Shown piece after piece: positions 34,826-45,644 of a DNA stretch of 64,000 nucleotides. The notes under the pieces were generated by a model. That model did no database searches and was not told the origin of the DNA. It worked only from the letters and a program-made list of their open reading frames with translations. Both the position numbers and the translations under genes were made by a program. Positions within the stretch are counted from its first letter, which is position 1, and each line of letters begins with the position of its first letter. The DNA comes from Macrostomum lignano (taxonomy: Eukaryota), in contig NIVC01002264.1 in assembly GCA_002269645.1 (NCBI GenBank), forward strand, positions 1-64,000. Reading direction: 5' to 3'.

Positions 34826-36815
34826 ATGTCTACAGAAGATAGGCCAGAGACAAAAAGAAGGACAGAACGGAACGGCATCTCAATGGCAGCCAGCATCCAA
34901 ACTGACGAACGAGCATCTTCAAGGCAGCCCTTGTTGAGACATTTTAGTTGTGAATTATTAGGGTCAGACAGTCGCTCAGCAACCCTCCCGGAAGCTCCAG
35001 ACCACAAGCCAGCCATGCTGCGCCCAGAGCTGTTTGAGTCCGTGGACCTGAAGAACGCGGTCAGCCAGATCATGTGCTTGTCCCGCAAAAGCGACCTGGA
35101 ATATTACGAGACAGACCCGGAAGAGAAGGCGCAGGTGCCCGACATTGCGGCCCTGGACGGCTTGTTGATGAAGCGCCGCGGCATGTTCCAGCCGCCGCCG
35201 GCGCCGCCACCGCCGATGCCGCTGACACAGCAGTCGGGCCCGACCAGAGCTCGGCGAGGCTGCGACAGCGCGGACGGAGCCAAGCGAGGCGTCGGCAGCT
35301 CGCGCTACCTGCTGGTTAACGGCTGCAACGCGCTGGTGAGCAGCTTCAGCCACATATCGATGCGCGAGGACCAGCAGTCAAAGGGCAAATACGTCACCCT
35401 GACGTTCCACGTCCGCCAGCCGGGCTGGTTCGACCAGCTCAAGCAGGTCTACGTGAACGCCAAGAGCGAGCTGGACAAGCTGGTCGCCTTCATTCGTAGA
35501 ATGCGGCGAGCGGAGCTCAACGACGCTTCGAACTCGGACGAGATGGACATTCAGGCAAGGAGCTGGGAATGCTGCCTGTGCGTTGAAATTACTAGGAGAA
35601 CCATTTTTGCACGCTTAATTTGCTCGTGCTGGTAGCTATGGAAACTGCATTCTGTCCGTTCTACCGTCTCCCCTGACCTGAACAAGCAAAACGAAGCAAG
35701 CACGAGTCCCCAATGTCCTTGACCTTCTCATCGGCAAAATGCGCACTTCTTGTGTCCTGGCTCCTGAGGTCAGACAGGAGTAAAATCGGTTTGAGAAAGA
35801 GTCAGTAGCTACGAGTACTGCACTTCAGTCACAACGATAGACGACCTTCTCACCTCTTGAGTTGCATGCGCAGAACTACTTTGCTAAAATTTGGCAATAA
35901 ATTACAAGTTTTAGATTTCACATCTCCAACCACTTCAACCTTGAAGGATTTCATAAAGGCGGAGCGTGACCTCATCTACAGCGAGAAGAACCTCCGCCAG
36001 TGGTCCTACAAGTTCGACATCGAGCTGCGCCGCGACTCGCTGATGCGGCAGGCCATCGACGCGTTTCAGTGCCGGCTGGGCCTGAGCGGCTGCGACAATC
36101 TCGGCTACAGCTTCGGCCTGTTCCTCGACGAGTGCCTCTACGCCAACGAGCAGGCGCCGCGCCAGGTGGTCAGAGACGGCACGCCGGACAACTACAAGAT
36201 CACAGACAGGGCGGACATCTTCGTCACCAACTACTTCGCCATGGCAGCTAATCGCGCCTTCCGCGAGGAGATCGTGTCCGTTCTGTACGAGGTCTACGTG
36301 CGCGACTCCGCCCAGAAGCTGGGCCAGCAACAGCAGCAGCAGCAGCCTCAGCAGTTCCTCGGCAAGGTCTGGCTACAGAAGTGCTTCACCAGAAGCACAG
36401 CTGTAATATGGAATGAGGGTTATTAAATACATTGCATATACGCTCATATGTAATGATTGAGCTCAACTAAAAGCTGTCATGAATGAAGTCATTGTTTTAG
36501 TGTGTCTCATTTGTATTTATTTAACTAGTTTCACTTTATAAATATTTTTAAACAGACGCATCAGCCGCAACTTCCTCTGAGCTCGGAGTTCGCGCCGCCC
36601 AGCCAGGCCAACACGCTGACCCACTACGAGAAGCAGCCACTGCAGCAGCTGCAGCAGCAGCAGCCTTCAGCTCCGATAGTTCGAATTCAGGTGCCAAACA
36701 CTCGCCGAGCCGCCGAGGTGAGCGGCGACGAATCGGAGACGGACAACCTACTCAGCTGCCGCAGCGAAACCAGAGAGTCGTATGGTCGAGGCGATGCCTC
36801 AGCCATCAGACAGTA
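34826..36815 (+). CDS. Uncharacterised three-exon gene (about 34826-35553, 35959-36366 and 36557-36815), Gln-rich
   Basis: Long GC-rich ORFs of 269 and 189 aa plus a terminal exon after TTTTTAAACAG| (THQPQLP...SAIRQ*). Probable donors are CAG|GCAAGG and AAG|GTCTGG. Splice sites are tentative and no family was recognised. Confidence 0.6.
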
Positions 36816-37257
36816 ACTCTCAGGAAAAAAGACACGCACCAATTTCTCCATAGTTTGCTTTTTAACCTTTTAGTATCTTTGAACGGCGAAGACCTTTTTT
36901 TATTAGAAAACGCTCGTTTCCCAACCGATAATTTATGAATATCCTCACAGCCGCATCCTCTTTAGTCCCATAGCTTTCTGCCACTCTGTAGTGTACTTCT
37001 ATACTTAAGTGCCGAATGTTACTTTCTGATTTTATCAGCCAATAATGCTTTATAGATCGCAAAACCTGAAAAAGGTGTTTATTTTTTTGAAAGAAAACAA
37101 AATAATTTAAATATAGAATTCTTTCTGTGGGTGACATTTTTTTAGTTCGCGTAACTTTAAGATTCCTAAGTATCGTTAGTATTCAAAGAATCGGTTCATT
37201 GCTCATTTTTCCAAAGCCATCAATGATTCAAGAAGAGTTTTCGTTGAATTTGCTTTG

Positions 37258-37400
37258 GAAACCTACCTCTTCGACAACCAACCTCTTCGACAACCTACCA
37301 CTTCGACAACCTACCTCTTCGACAACCTACCTCTTCGACAACCTACCTCTCCAACAACCTCCCACTTCGACAACCTACCTCTTTTCGACAACCTGCCTCG
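37258..37400. repeat. 16-bp tandem repeat (CGACAACCTACCTCTT)
   Basis: About 8-9 copies. Confidence 0.9.
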
Positions 37401-38011
37401 TTAGCAATAAACGCATCTGACTATCGCGCCACCACAACCCCTCATTCGATTTGTTGTAAGGCCACATTCATTTGGGGCTTGTGTGCATCATTATGCATGA
37501 TAATTTCTAAGCGACATGTAAAACAGAAGCCAATCGTCTAATAAAGACAATCTTTCAGTTCCTTTTATGAAAAAATAATCGCAGTAATTTCTTGAAAAAC
37601 CTTCGCTCGTGTATTGTCACTGTCAAATACTCGTTTGGACATAAGTCGCACGACGTATCGATACAAAGAAGTAAAGAGCTGTCAATTCAACGAGAAAATA
37701 TAAATAGGAGTTACGCGTTTAGCGCGCCGATTAAAACATAAGTAGAGCATCATGTTCGGTAAATATTGAGTTAGTGGTAGTTATTTGAAAAACTTCAGCC
37801 GGTGGGTTTTGGTTCAAATTAGTCATTAGCCTGCACCTATGCCTAGATTCAACGTTTAACTACATGTACACCCACTATTGTTACTCCGCCAATGCCTCTT
37901 ATGTAAAATGGCTACAGATGCAGTTTAAATAACCGAAACGCCGTGTTTAGACGGACACGCTGCACTTTCATCAAACCGGCAAAAGCGGCGCACAGATCAG
38001 AGAAGGCCACC

Positions 38012-40054
38012 TCACCGAGGCACGTCGATGCTGCACCGAAAATGCGTTCCACCTGCAGCGGATCCGCGCGAGTCGCTCCCGGTGGACGACGGTGACGTGG
38101 ACTGCGTCCGCTCCGAGCCGCTGCACCAGCCGTCCTCCGACACCCTGAATGTGCGGGACCGCCGCACGGCTGGCTGCAGCGGCTGCTTTTTCTGCTGCTT
38201 CGGGCAGTTCCGGCGGTGGCGCCGATTCGGCCGCGCTCGGGCCGTTGAAACAGCGCTGCTGCCAGTTCGAGCGTCTTTGGAGTCGACGAACGCTCTGGCG
38301 AAGTACTTGGTCTCCACCGACTGCTGCGGCTTTTGTCGCTGCAGGGGCTGCGGCGTTGTCGATCTGCGAGTCTTTTGCGTCGGCCGACCTCCCTGCAACC
38401 GCCTTCCAGCACTGCTGCTGCCGTTCGCATTCAGGACAGGTGGCCGCTCCCACGAGCTGTCTTCCTGAAGCGCCTTCGAGGCCTGGCCCGCAAGGCGAGG
38501 GCTCCGCCAGTCGCCGGTGTCGCCGGTGTCGCCTCTGTTGTCGTCTTCCAACTCGTCTGCGGTGACCACCGCGGCCGCAGCGGCGTTGTTCCGGTTTACC
38601 GTGTGCTGCACGCCACTGTGCCGCGTCAGAGCTGCCTGCTGCAGACAGTCGAGCTGCTGCTGCTGCTGCTGGACAGTCTGCCGCGGCTGATCGCCAAAGG
38701 TGGGGCAGGGATCTGCTGGCTCCGGGCAGCGGCAGCCACAGCGGAGGTCCTGCGTGTTGCGATACACCATGGCAGCCATGTGCAGCACGAAGTCGATCTT
38801 GCAGGTCATGAAATTCGGCCGCCACGCACCGCCTGCCCGCTGCTGCATGCTGAGCAGAGTTGGGTCCGGCAGGGCGTTGCGCAGCTCCTTCACTGCGCTG
38901 GGGCTGGCGCCGCACATGCTCAACGTGTCGGCGTAGATCTTCTCAAATAGGCGCATCAGATTGCTGAGCAGGGCGTCCATGTTGGCCACGTACCAGCCGG
39001 CCATGGCCTGCCGGTTGTGACTGCCAGCTGAGGGGTAATTGTACGCCGGTCCTTCGCGAACCTTTGCGGCCTGCTGCCCTGCACCCTGCTGCTGCGCCTG
39101 CGGCCGTAGCGGCGTTGGCGGCTTGCATGGCTGGGGCACCAGGCCGCTGCAGACCGCAGCTCCGCGCTCAGGCACTGACGGCTGCCGAGGCTGCGGCTGG
39201 CAAAACTGCGGCTGCTGCGGCTGCTGGCACTGATGCTGCTGTTGATGCTGCTGCTGAGGCTGCCACTGCTGCTGCGGTGTCTGCCTTACATCGCTGGCTC
39301 TTGGCCACCGGCTGTTGTTGCCAGTAGTTCCACCGCAGCTGGCGCCGTTGCCACAGCAACCGAGTCCGCCTCCGTGCCGAGCAGTCGATCGCGGCGTCTG
39401 CCTGAGTCCCCTTTTGTGGTTGAGTCGGGAGAATGGGCGGCTCTTTGAAAAAAGATAGTACAAAAAGTGGGATTTCGAGTGGGAATTACAGATTTTAAAC
39501 TTCAAAAATATTTTGCTATGTCCTTGGAGCCATTACTAATGGCATTAGCTGTGCAAACTTTGATATCAGTGCGTTCACACTTGCGATAGTCTCTGACGAT
39601 ACTTTTGACTGCTCTCCACCCTCTCGCAGGCACTCCACAGGTGCGCACAGCGAACTCACTGCGAGTTGTTTGACTGGCCGTCCCAGCGCGCGTCGAAGTT
39701 CTCAACGCCGGCGTCGCCGCTCCGACTGGTGCCGCGACTTCGGCCAGGCGTCGCCGTCCGCGAAGACTCCGAGCTGGCGTACTTCGTCTCGCAGCTGCTG
39801 CCGACTGCGCCGTCGCCGAATCCGCCTTGGGCGCCGCTGGTGTCGCAGGCGAGCTCGCGCAGCCGGGCCGCATTGGCGCGGCTGAACAGCAGCTGGACGG
39901 CCCGGCGGATGAGGCGGTAGTGAAGGTCGGCAACGGCCTCGTCAAACAGCTGGCTGCACAGCCGCAGGCCGCCCTTCCACTTCAGCGCGTTGGCAAGGCC
40001 GGGGCGCCGGGCGATCTCCGTCTGCAGGAACTGCTCGAACAGCTTCAGCGACAT
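38012..40054 (-). CDS. Uncharacterised gene with at least two exons (about 40054-39662 and 39445-38012), with Gln-rich tracts and a predicted helical domain
   Basis: ORFs MSLKLFEQFLQTEIARR... and the 497-aa ORF containing YNYP...WYVANMDALLSNLMRLFEK...WRPNFMTCKIDFVLHM. A GTGAGT donor and TTTTCAAAG acceptor are present, but their phases do not reconcile without an indel. Confidence 0.55.
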
Positions 40055-40314
40055 GCCGCTGCGGGGCCGGCGGCCGCCCTCGCCTCCCTCAGCGCTGGGA
40101 GCCTCTGGCCATCAGTCGGGGATTGCCGGCCGGATGTGGCGCATGCTGGGAAGCTGGGGAAGGAAGTCTCTATAGGGGATGCGGATGGGCGGTTCCTCAG
40201 TGCGGAGGGTGTCTCGTCTAAAGTCCTCAGTTTGGGCCACAGACGAATAGCGACTGGCATGCGTGGACTGGCGATGACTTATTTGGTAACTTTTTGCTCT
40301 TTTTTAATCGTAGG

Positions 40315-40640
40315 TAGGAGCATGCTCTGATTCGCCAGAGTCCCAGGCTCGAATCCAAGTGCAGTTGCATTAATTTGGAGCTAAATTGGAATCTCGGCTT
40401 GGCTCTGCTCGCGCAATTAACGCCCTTGAAGGCCAACCTCCAAGGCACAGTGAAGTGTACATACCTGAGGTTAAATAAAGTTAGGGCCCCTGTACACTCC
40501 TGTGTGAGTGTGTGCCTGCGTACGTATCCGCGCGCTTGTGTGCCTGCTCAGGGGAGTCGGCGGAATGGGCAGTAATGCCTCTCGCCGGTTGTGTGCCTAT
40601 GTCGCTTAAAGTCGCTTAAAGCCCCTGCCTCTAATGAAAA
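40315..40640 (+). mobile_element. tRNA-derived SINE family A copy
   Basis: B-box-like GGCTCGAATCC; the body is the reverse complement of 57170-57470 at high identity; the 3' end reads CCCCTGCCTCTAATGAAAA. Confidence 0.85.
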
Positions 40641-41051
40641 ATTGGGTAGTTACTGACAATTTATTAATGTAATAATGCATTACCTGTATCAATAACGATA
40701 AAAGCAGGTAAGTTACCTGGTGAATAAATTTTATTGCTGAATAAATTATAGATTTTTGTGTCTGGCATACTAAAGGTGTTTAATTCTATTGTGCGTCTTT
40801 TCTTGCAGAGAAACCAAACAAAACTTCTGAAATATCGCTTTTTCGAGTTAAAATGGCATCAGCAGCAAAAACATAGCGAAAAAAACTGAGAAGTCGATGA
40901 GTTTAATATTTATCGGTGTTATTGGTGCACTCATTGCGAACCAGGAACTACTTCGATTAATACGCTCTGAGATGGGTTGAGTTCCAGATAGGCTCAGCAA
41001 TATTCTCTTGTTTGTTATTTAAGCGAAGCATCGAATCAGACTCTGGCGTGC

Positions 41052-44000
41052 TCACGCCTCATCTGAGACGTGCAACACAGCGGATTTGCACCTTCCCACA
41101 ATTTTATCCATTGTCGACGCAGCGGCCTGGCGACTTTGTCTGGACTCCGTCTCCGACGTTTTCAGCGAATCGCCCGTCGACCATGCCGTCGGTTTTGCTA
41201 GCGACGACGAGACAGCGGCAGTGGCGGCGGCGGCGGCGGTGACTGCAGCGGAGGCCGAGACGGCTGCTGAGTCGGCGTGCCCGCTGCACAGGTGAGCCTC
41301 GATGCGGTCCAGCCGCTGGCGCAACTCGCTTAGGGCTTCGAGCACGTCGCCGAATGCTGTCGCATTGACTGCACCGGCCCGATCGCCGCTGCCGCCTCGA
41401 CCGAGCTCTGCCTGACGACCCTTGAGCGCGAAGATTTGGTAAATAAAAAAGTACAAGCAGTTCTTTGGACTAGAGCGCGGCTGAACGCGCTGAACCAGGC
41501 AACGATTGCAACTGTTGAAGATTGTCTTGCAGAGCAGCAGAGGAATGTCCAGCACATTCAATGGGGGAGGAAACGGAGAGCGAGCCTTGAACTCGGCCAC
41601 CAGGTCGTAGCGCTCGAACTGCCAGAGGGCGCGGGATTTATTGTGGATTTCGTCCACTGTCTTGCTAAACAGGGCGATTAACAGGTTCAGCAGCAGCACA
41701 TTGGTGATGATGATGTACACGATGAGAAAGAAGTCCGGCACTACAACCTTTCCAATTTTGTGCGGAGCCGGGCAGTTCTCTTTACCGCAATGATTTTTGC
41801 CCATTATGTTCTCATTGGAGTACTCGCCCAGCATGGTGTAGAATGTGAACCGAAGCATGTTCTCCATAACCTGCAAGTTGAGTAGACAAACATCGTTATT
41901 ATATTTTATTGTTTTTGAAGTACGAGTTTAACAAAGCCTAGATCTTTTTTACTTACATCCATCGAACTAGCGGACTGGTGCGACGCGTCAGTCCCGTTGC
42001 TGGAGAAGGGTGGATACAGCAGGGCTTGAAACGTGACGCCGAAACCCGCCATAAACACCAGTACAATTGACAGGAAAGGAATCAGATCTTGCAGCACCAT
42101 TTTAGATATCATTTTCAGCTGCGGTCCGAGGCTCTCCAAAACAGACAGCACGTACAGCATCCGCATATAGAAAGCCAGCAGAGCAACACAGTACATGATT
42201 CGCGTGTAGTACAAGTTTGTGTGCACCATCTGGGTAACTTGAGTTGCGGAGCAGCTGCACAGATTGTGCTGATGATGATGGTCTGAGTCTGCTGATGAAT
42301 AGCCGAAGCAGCAATAAAGGTGGGTCACCCATCTGATGACCAGTCCAACTGTTGCCGAGCCCAGTGACGCCATGTCCAGCATATTCCACTTACTGGTGAA
42401 GTAGTGATGAAGACTTTTGCTGCGCAGGCTGATCAGAAATTCGCGAACCTCTTCCAGGAAGTAGCCGAAAAGAAAGATGTACAGAACGTACTCCCACAAC
42501 GAGCAGCGTTCCTCAACGTCGAACAGAACGATGCGACTAAGAAGAAGTAGGAAGGCAACGTTGAAGACTGTGTGATACCAGAACTTTGTCGATGGTATTC
42601 CGTAGAAGTCTCGGATCAAAGAAAAATAATACAAACAAGGATTCCGCACCTTGTTGGGAATGATTAGAGTTGCGAGATCATTGTTACAAGCATTGTCATC
42701 GGGATGATGGTCGACAGTCTTTGAGCCGATACCATCGCTGCTGACAGAAGCTGCCCCGACTCCGCTAGAGGCCGCACCTCCAGTGGCGGCAGCAGCAGCA
42801 TCAGCGTTTCGACCGCGAAATATGGATGTTTTGCCGGTACGCTTAAAACCGGACTCAAAAGTCCTTATGCTATAAGATTTGTTGCCGAGACTGCGTTTTC
42901 GAATATTTCGAGTATAGTTGAAGAAAAATGGCAGCGTAATAAAAAATGGCGTCATGCCAGCAAAGAACAACAGAAGTTTCTTGGATCGACGAAACTGGTA
43001 GGTTGAAAGGTACCAGTCGAGGTCCAGGGCCGTCTGACAAACAGGAAGCTGCATAAAGCGCTCTGACTCACCGATGGCCGCCAGATCAATGCAAGAAAAG
43101 CCACCATACCTAGGAAGACCTTCGCGGATGAAGCGCAGCGTTACGGCACTCCTTGGCGACGTGTCCATGTTGCTGCTGACGGTCAGAGCATCAATTACGA
43201 CGCTTTCACACCGGCTGGCGCACTGCAGGAACGGTTGCTCCTGCGTCACGTTAAGACGCGTGTTTTTCAACAATCCACGCAAGAGGACTACCGCAAACAG
43301 TCCCAGTGGAATGATATCCGTTGTTTCCATGCGGAGTAGCAGCTCTGTAAGCTGAAACTTCTCCATCAGAATGGACCAAACGACAAGCGAGCGCAGCGGA
43401 TCCTTCAGCAGCTGATATTTGTCCTTGCTTCCATGCGCTAGATTCACCATAGTTAACTCGCGCAACCAATTGTTCATTTTGTCGAACATTACTTGCCCAT
43501 CGTAGACAAACTGCTCCTTGATGAATGGTATGAAAGTTGTAGAGCATCGAGTTGGACACTGGATGTACAGCTCTGCAATGTTTTCTTCGATAAGCGCCAG
43601 CATCCTCTGCCAGATGCTGCCGCACTCAGTGACGCAATTAACAATGCCGAGATCGTCGCGGTAAAGACCGAACTTCACCACAGCGCCTGTTAGCTGTTGC
43701 AAGCCGGCCTCATCTGAGCGGTTGTGAAGGCGCCGATGGAACCGTAGCAAGCACTGTCTGAGATCGTCCGTATCCAAATTGACAGCGGTCAGAAGGGCAC
43801 GTAGAACTGCAGCTTCTGCTTCGTCGTCGAGCTGTTCCGGCTGCAGCTGCTGACCTCCGCAGCCTGTCATACAGTCCCAGGCCAGTTCACTTCTCTTGCA
43901 CAGGCTGTTAGACCGGCTAATTGTTTTAAGAACCAGCAGCAGCTCGTGATACTTGGGAATGAGCAGAGCGATAGGTCGGGAGTCCGATGAAACCTGTTTA

Positions 44001-45025
44001 GCAAAATAGAGACACAGTTCCCGCACCAATTGCTGGTTGTTGTTGAGCAACAGAAGGTCGATTGGTGTCACACCGGATTTGTCGCAGAGCTCCAACCTGG
44101 CGCCGCGGTCGACCATGTAGGTAAGCAGCTCCATGTTTCCATTGATAGCCAGGATGTGCAGACAGGTCCGACCGTTCGGATCGGATGCGTTGGCATTTGT
44201 GAACTGCAGAAGGCAGTCGATGAGCTCCCGGCGCTCCTCCATAGCGGCGCGGTGCAGCGGCAAGCAGCCGAGCCTGTCACGAGCGTCTGGCCGGGCTCGG
44301 TAGTACAGAAAGATGGTGAGAAATTTTGTGTCCTTGATGGAACAGCAGCGGTGCAAGCAGTAGTCACCATTTGGATAGGGAATGTTTGGATCTGCGCCCG
44401 ACTCCAGCAAGTTTACCACTAGCCGGATATCCTCATTGTTAAGCGCCAGATGCAGCGGAACCAGGCCGCGCTTATTCCGCAAGTTTAACTTTGCGCCTCG
44501 CTTTGCTAGAATCTTGAAAAAGTCTGAGTCGTGGCGCTCTACACTTAGATGGACGACAGTGTTGCCAGTGTTTGTATCTTGCAAATCCAAAGCGCACGAC
44601 CGCGCCATCAGAGCTTCTTGGTACCAGGATTCACCGTCGGTGTACACAGCGCTGATCAGCGGCACGCCGTCATTGTAGAACAGACAGCTGAGGCTGGCGC
44701 CGCGTTGGAGAAGCAAGCTGAACAGAGCCTTGTTGCGCAGCTTGTAGGCGAAAGCCAGCGGTTGCAAGTTGTTCGCCAGCTCTTCATTGAGCAGCTCGGG
44801 GTTCTCGTGAAGTATAGCCTTAACTTCGGAAAGATTGCCAGCAGCCAGTGCCGCTGTCAGACGGTCGCCGAACGGAGAAATCTTAAAGAAGCGCTCCTTG
44901 GTGCGAGACAAGGCAGAGCCAAGACGGCTCTCCCAGTTGCTGGTGCTGCCCTCTGTACCGGCTGTTGTGGTTGCCGGCTCTGCTACTGAAATGGCTGGGT
45001 TGCCACCGCTGTGATGACGAGCCAT
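41052..45025 (-). CDS. TRPM-type cation channel with N-terminal ankyrin repeats (about 1295 aa); exons 45025-41957 and 41870-41052
   Basis: About 8-9 ankyrin repeats (e.g. GNTVVHLSV, GLVPLHLAL, GCLPLHRAA, GRTCLHILA). TRPM-like linker: AAVLRALLT, DPLRSLVVWSIL, GGFSCIDLA. Channel region: FYGIPSTKFW, SKWNMLD, LGPQLKMISKM..DL..FL, GVTFQALLYP, NVLLLNLLIALFS and TRP box WQFERY...EF..R.PFPPP. 86-nt GTAAGT..TTGCAG phase-0 intron. Confidence 0.92.
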
Positions 45026-45644
45026 TTCGATGTTGAACGACGAATGCTTCGCTCAATAGGATCTTAGCTTGGGAATACTATTCGCAGCGCTTCGCTGAGT
45101 TTCGCTGAGCATACTCAATTTGATGACTGGCCTTATTTATCCGGCCGCTAATTGCAGGATGTTGGCAATTCCAGACTCTGCTTTATAAGCTTGGGAAAGT
45201 TTCCGGGATGCCTGCAACCAACCCTGTTTAGCTGGATGCGGCATGGAAACAATTATTTATTTGCGACACAATCATCGGTCAGTTTACTGCGAAATTGTTG
45301 AGGCCAGTTGAGACTGCCGCGTCAGCTGATGCAGATCCTCCCTGTTGAATCCAGTTTTCGTGAAAAAACAGGCTGCTGACAGAGGAAGCTCAGCAGCTGA
45401 GAATACTGAATTACTGGTTGGGAAAATATTTAGTGCGCGGATTTTTGCACCCAGACTGTGCCATTGTGTATGGGTTATCATTTAGAAACTTACAGTCATG
45501 CTATAACTTTGTAATACAAAAAATATACTGCATGTTTGAATATGAAGCAAAGTTTCGCTAGTAGTTCAAGTATTGACTCGTTTGATTAGCATTATATTTA
45601 TTATCAAACGACCTTCAAGATATTGCAATTGAGGTCTCATTTTT

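Noticed and set aside
41422-41455. Possible 34-nt intron in the TRP C-terminal exon
   Set aside because: Removing it shifts the frame into an early stop and destroys the coiled coil; read-through is more parsimonious.
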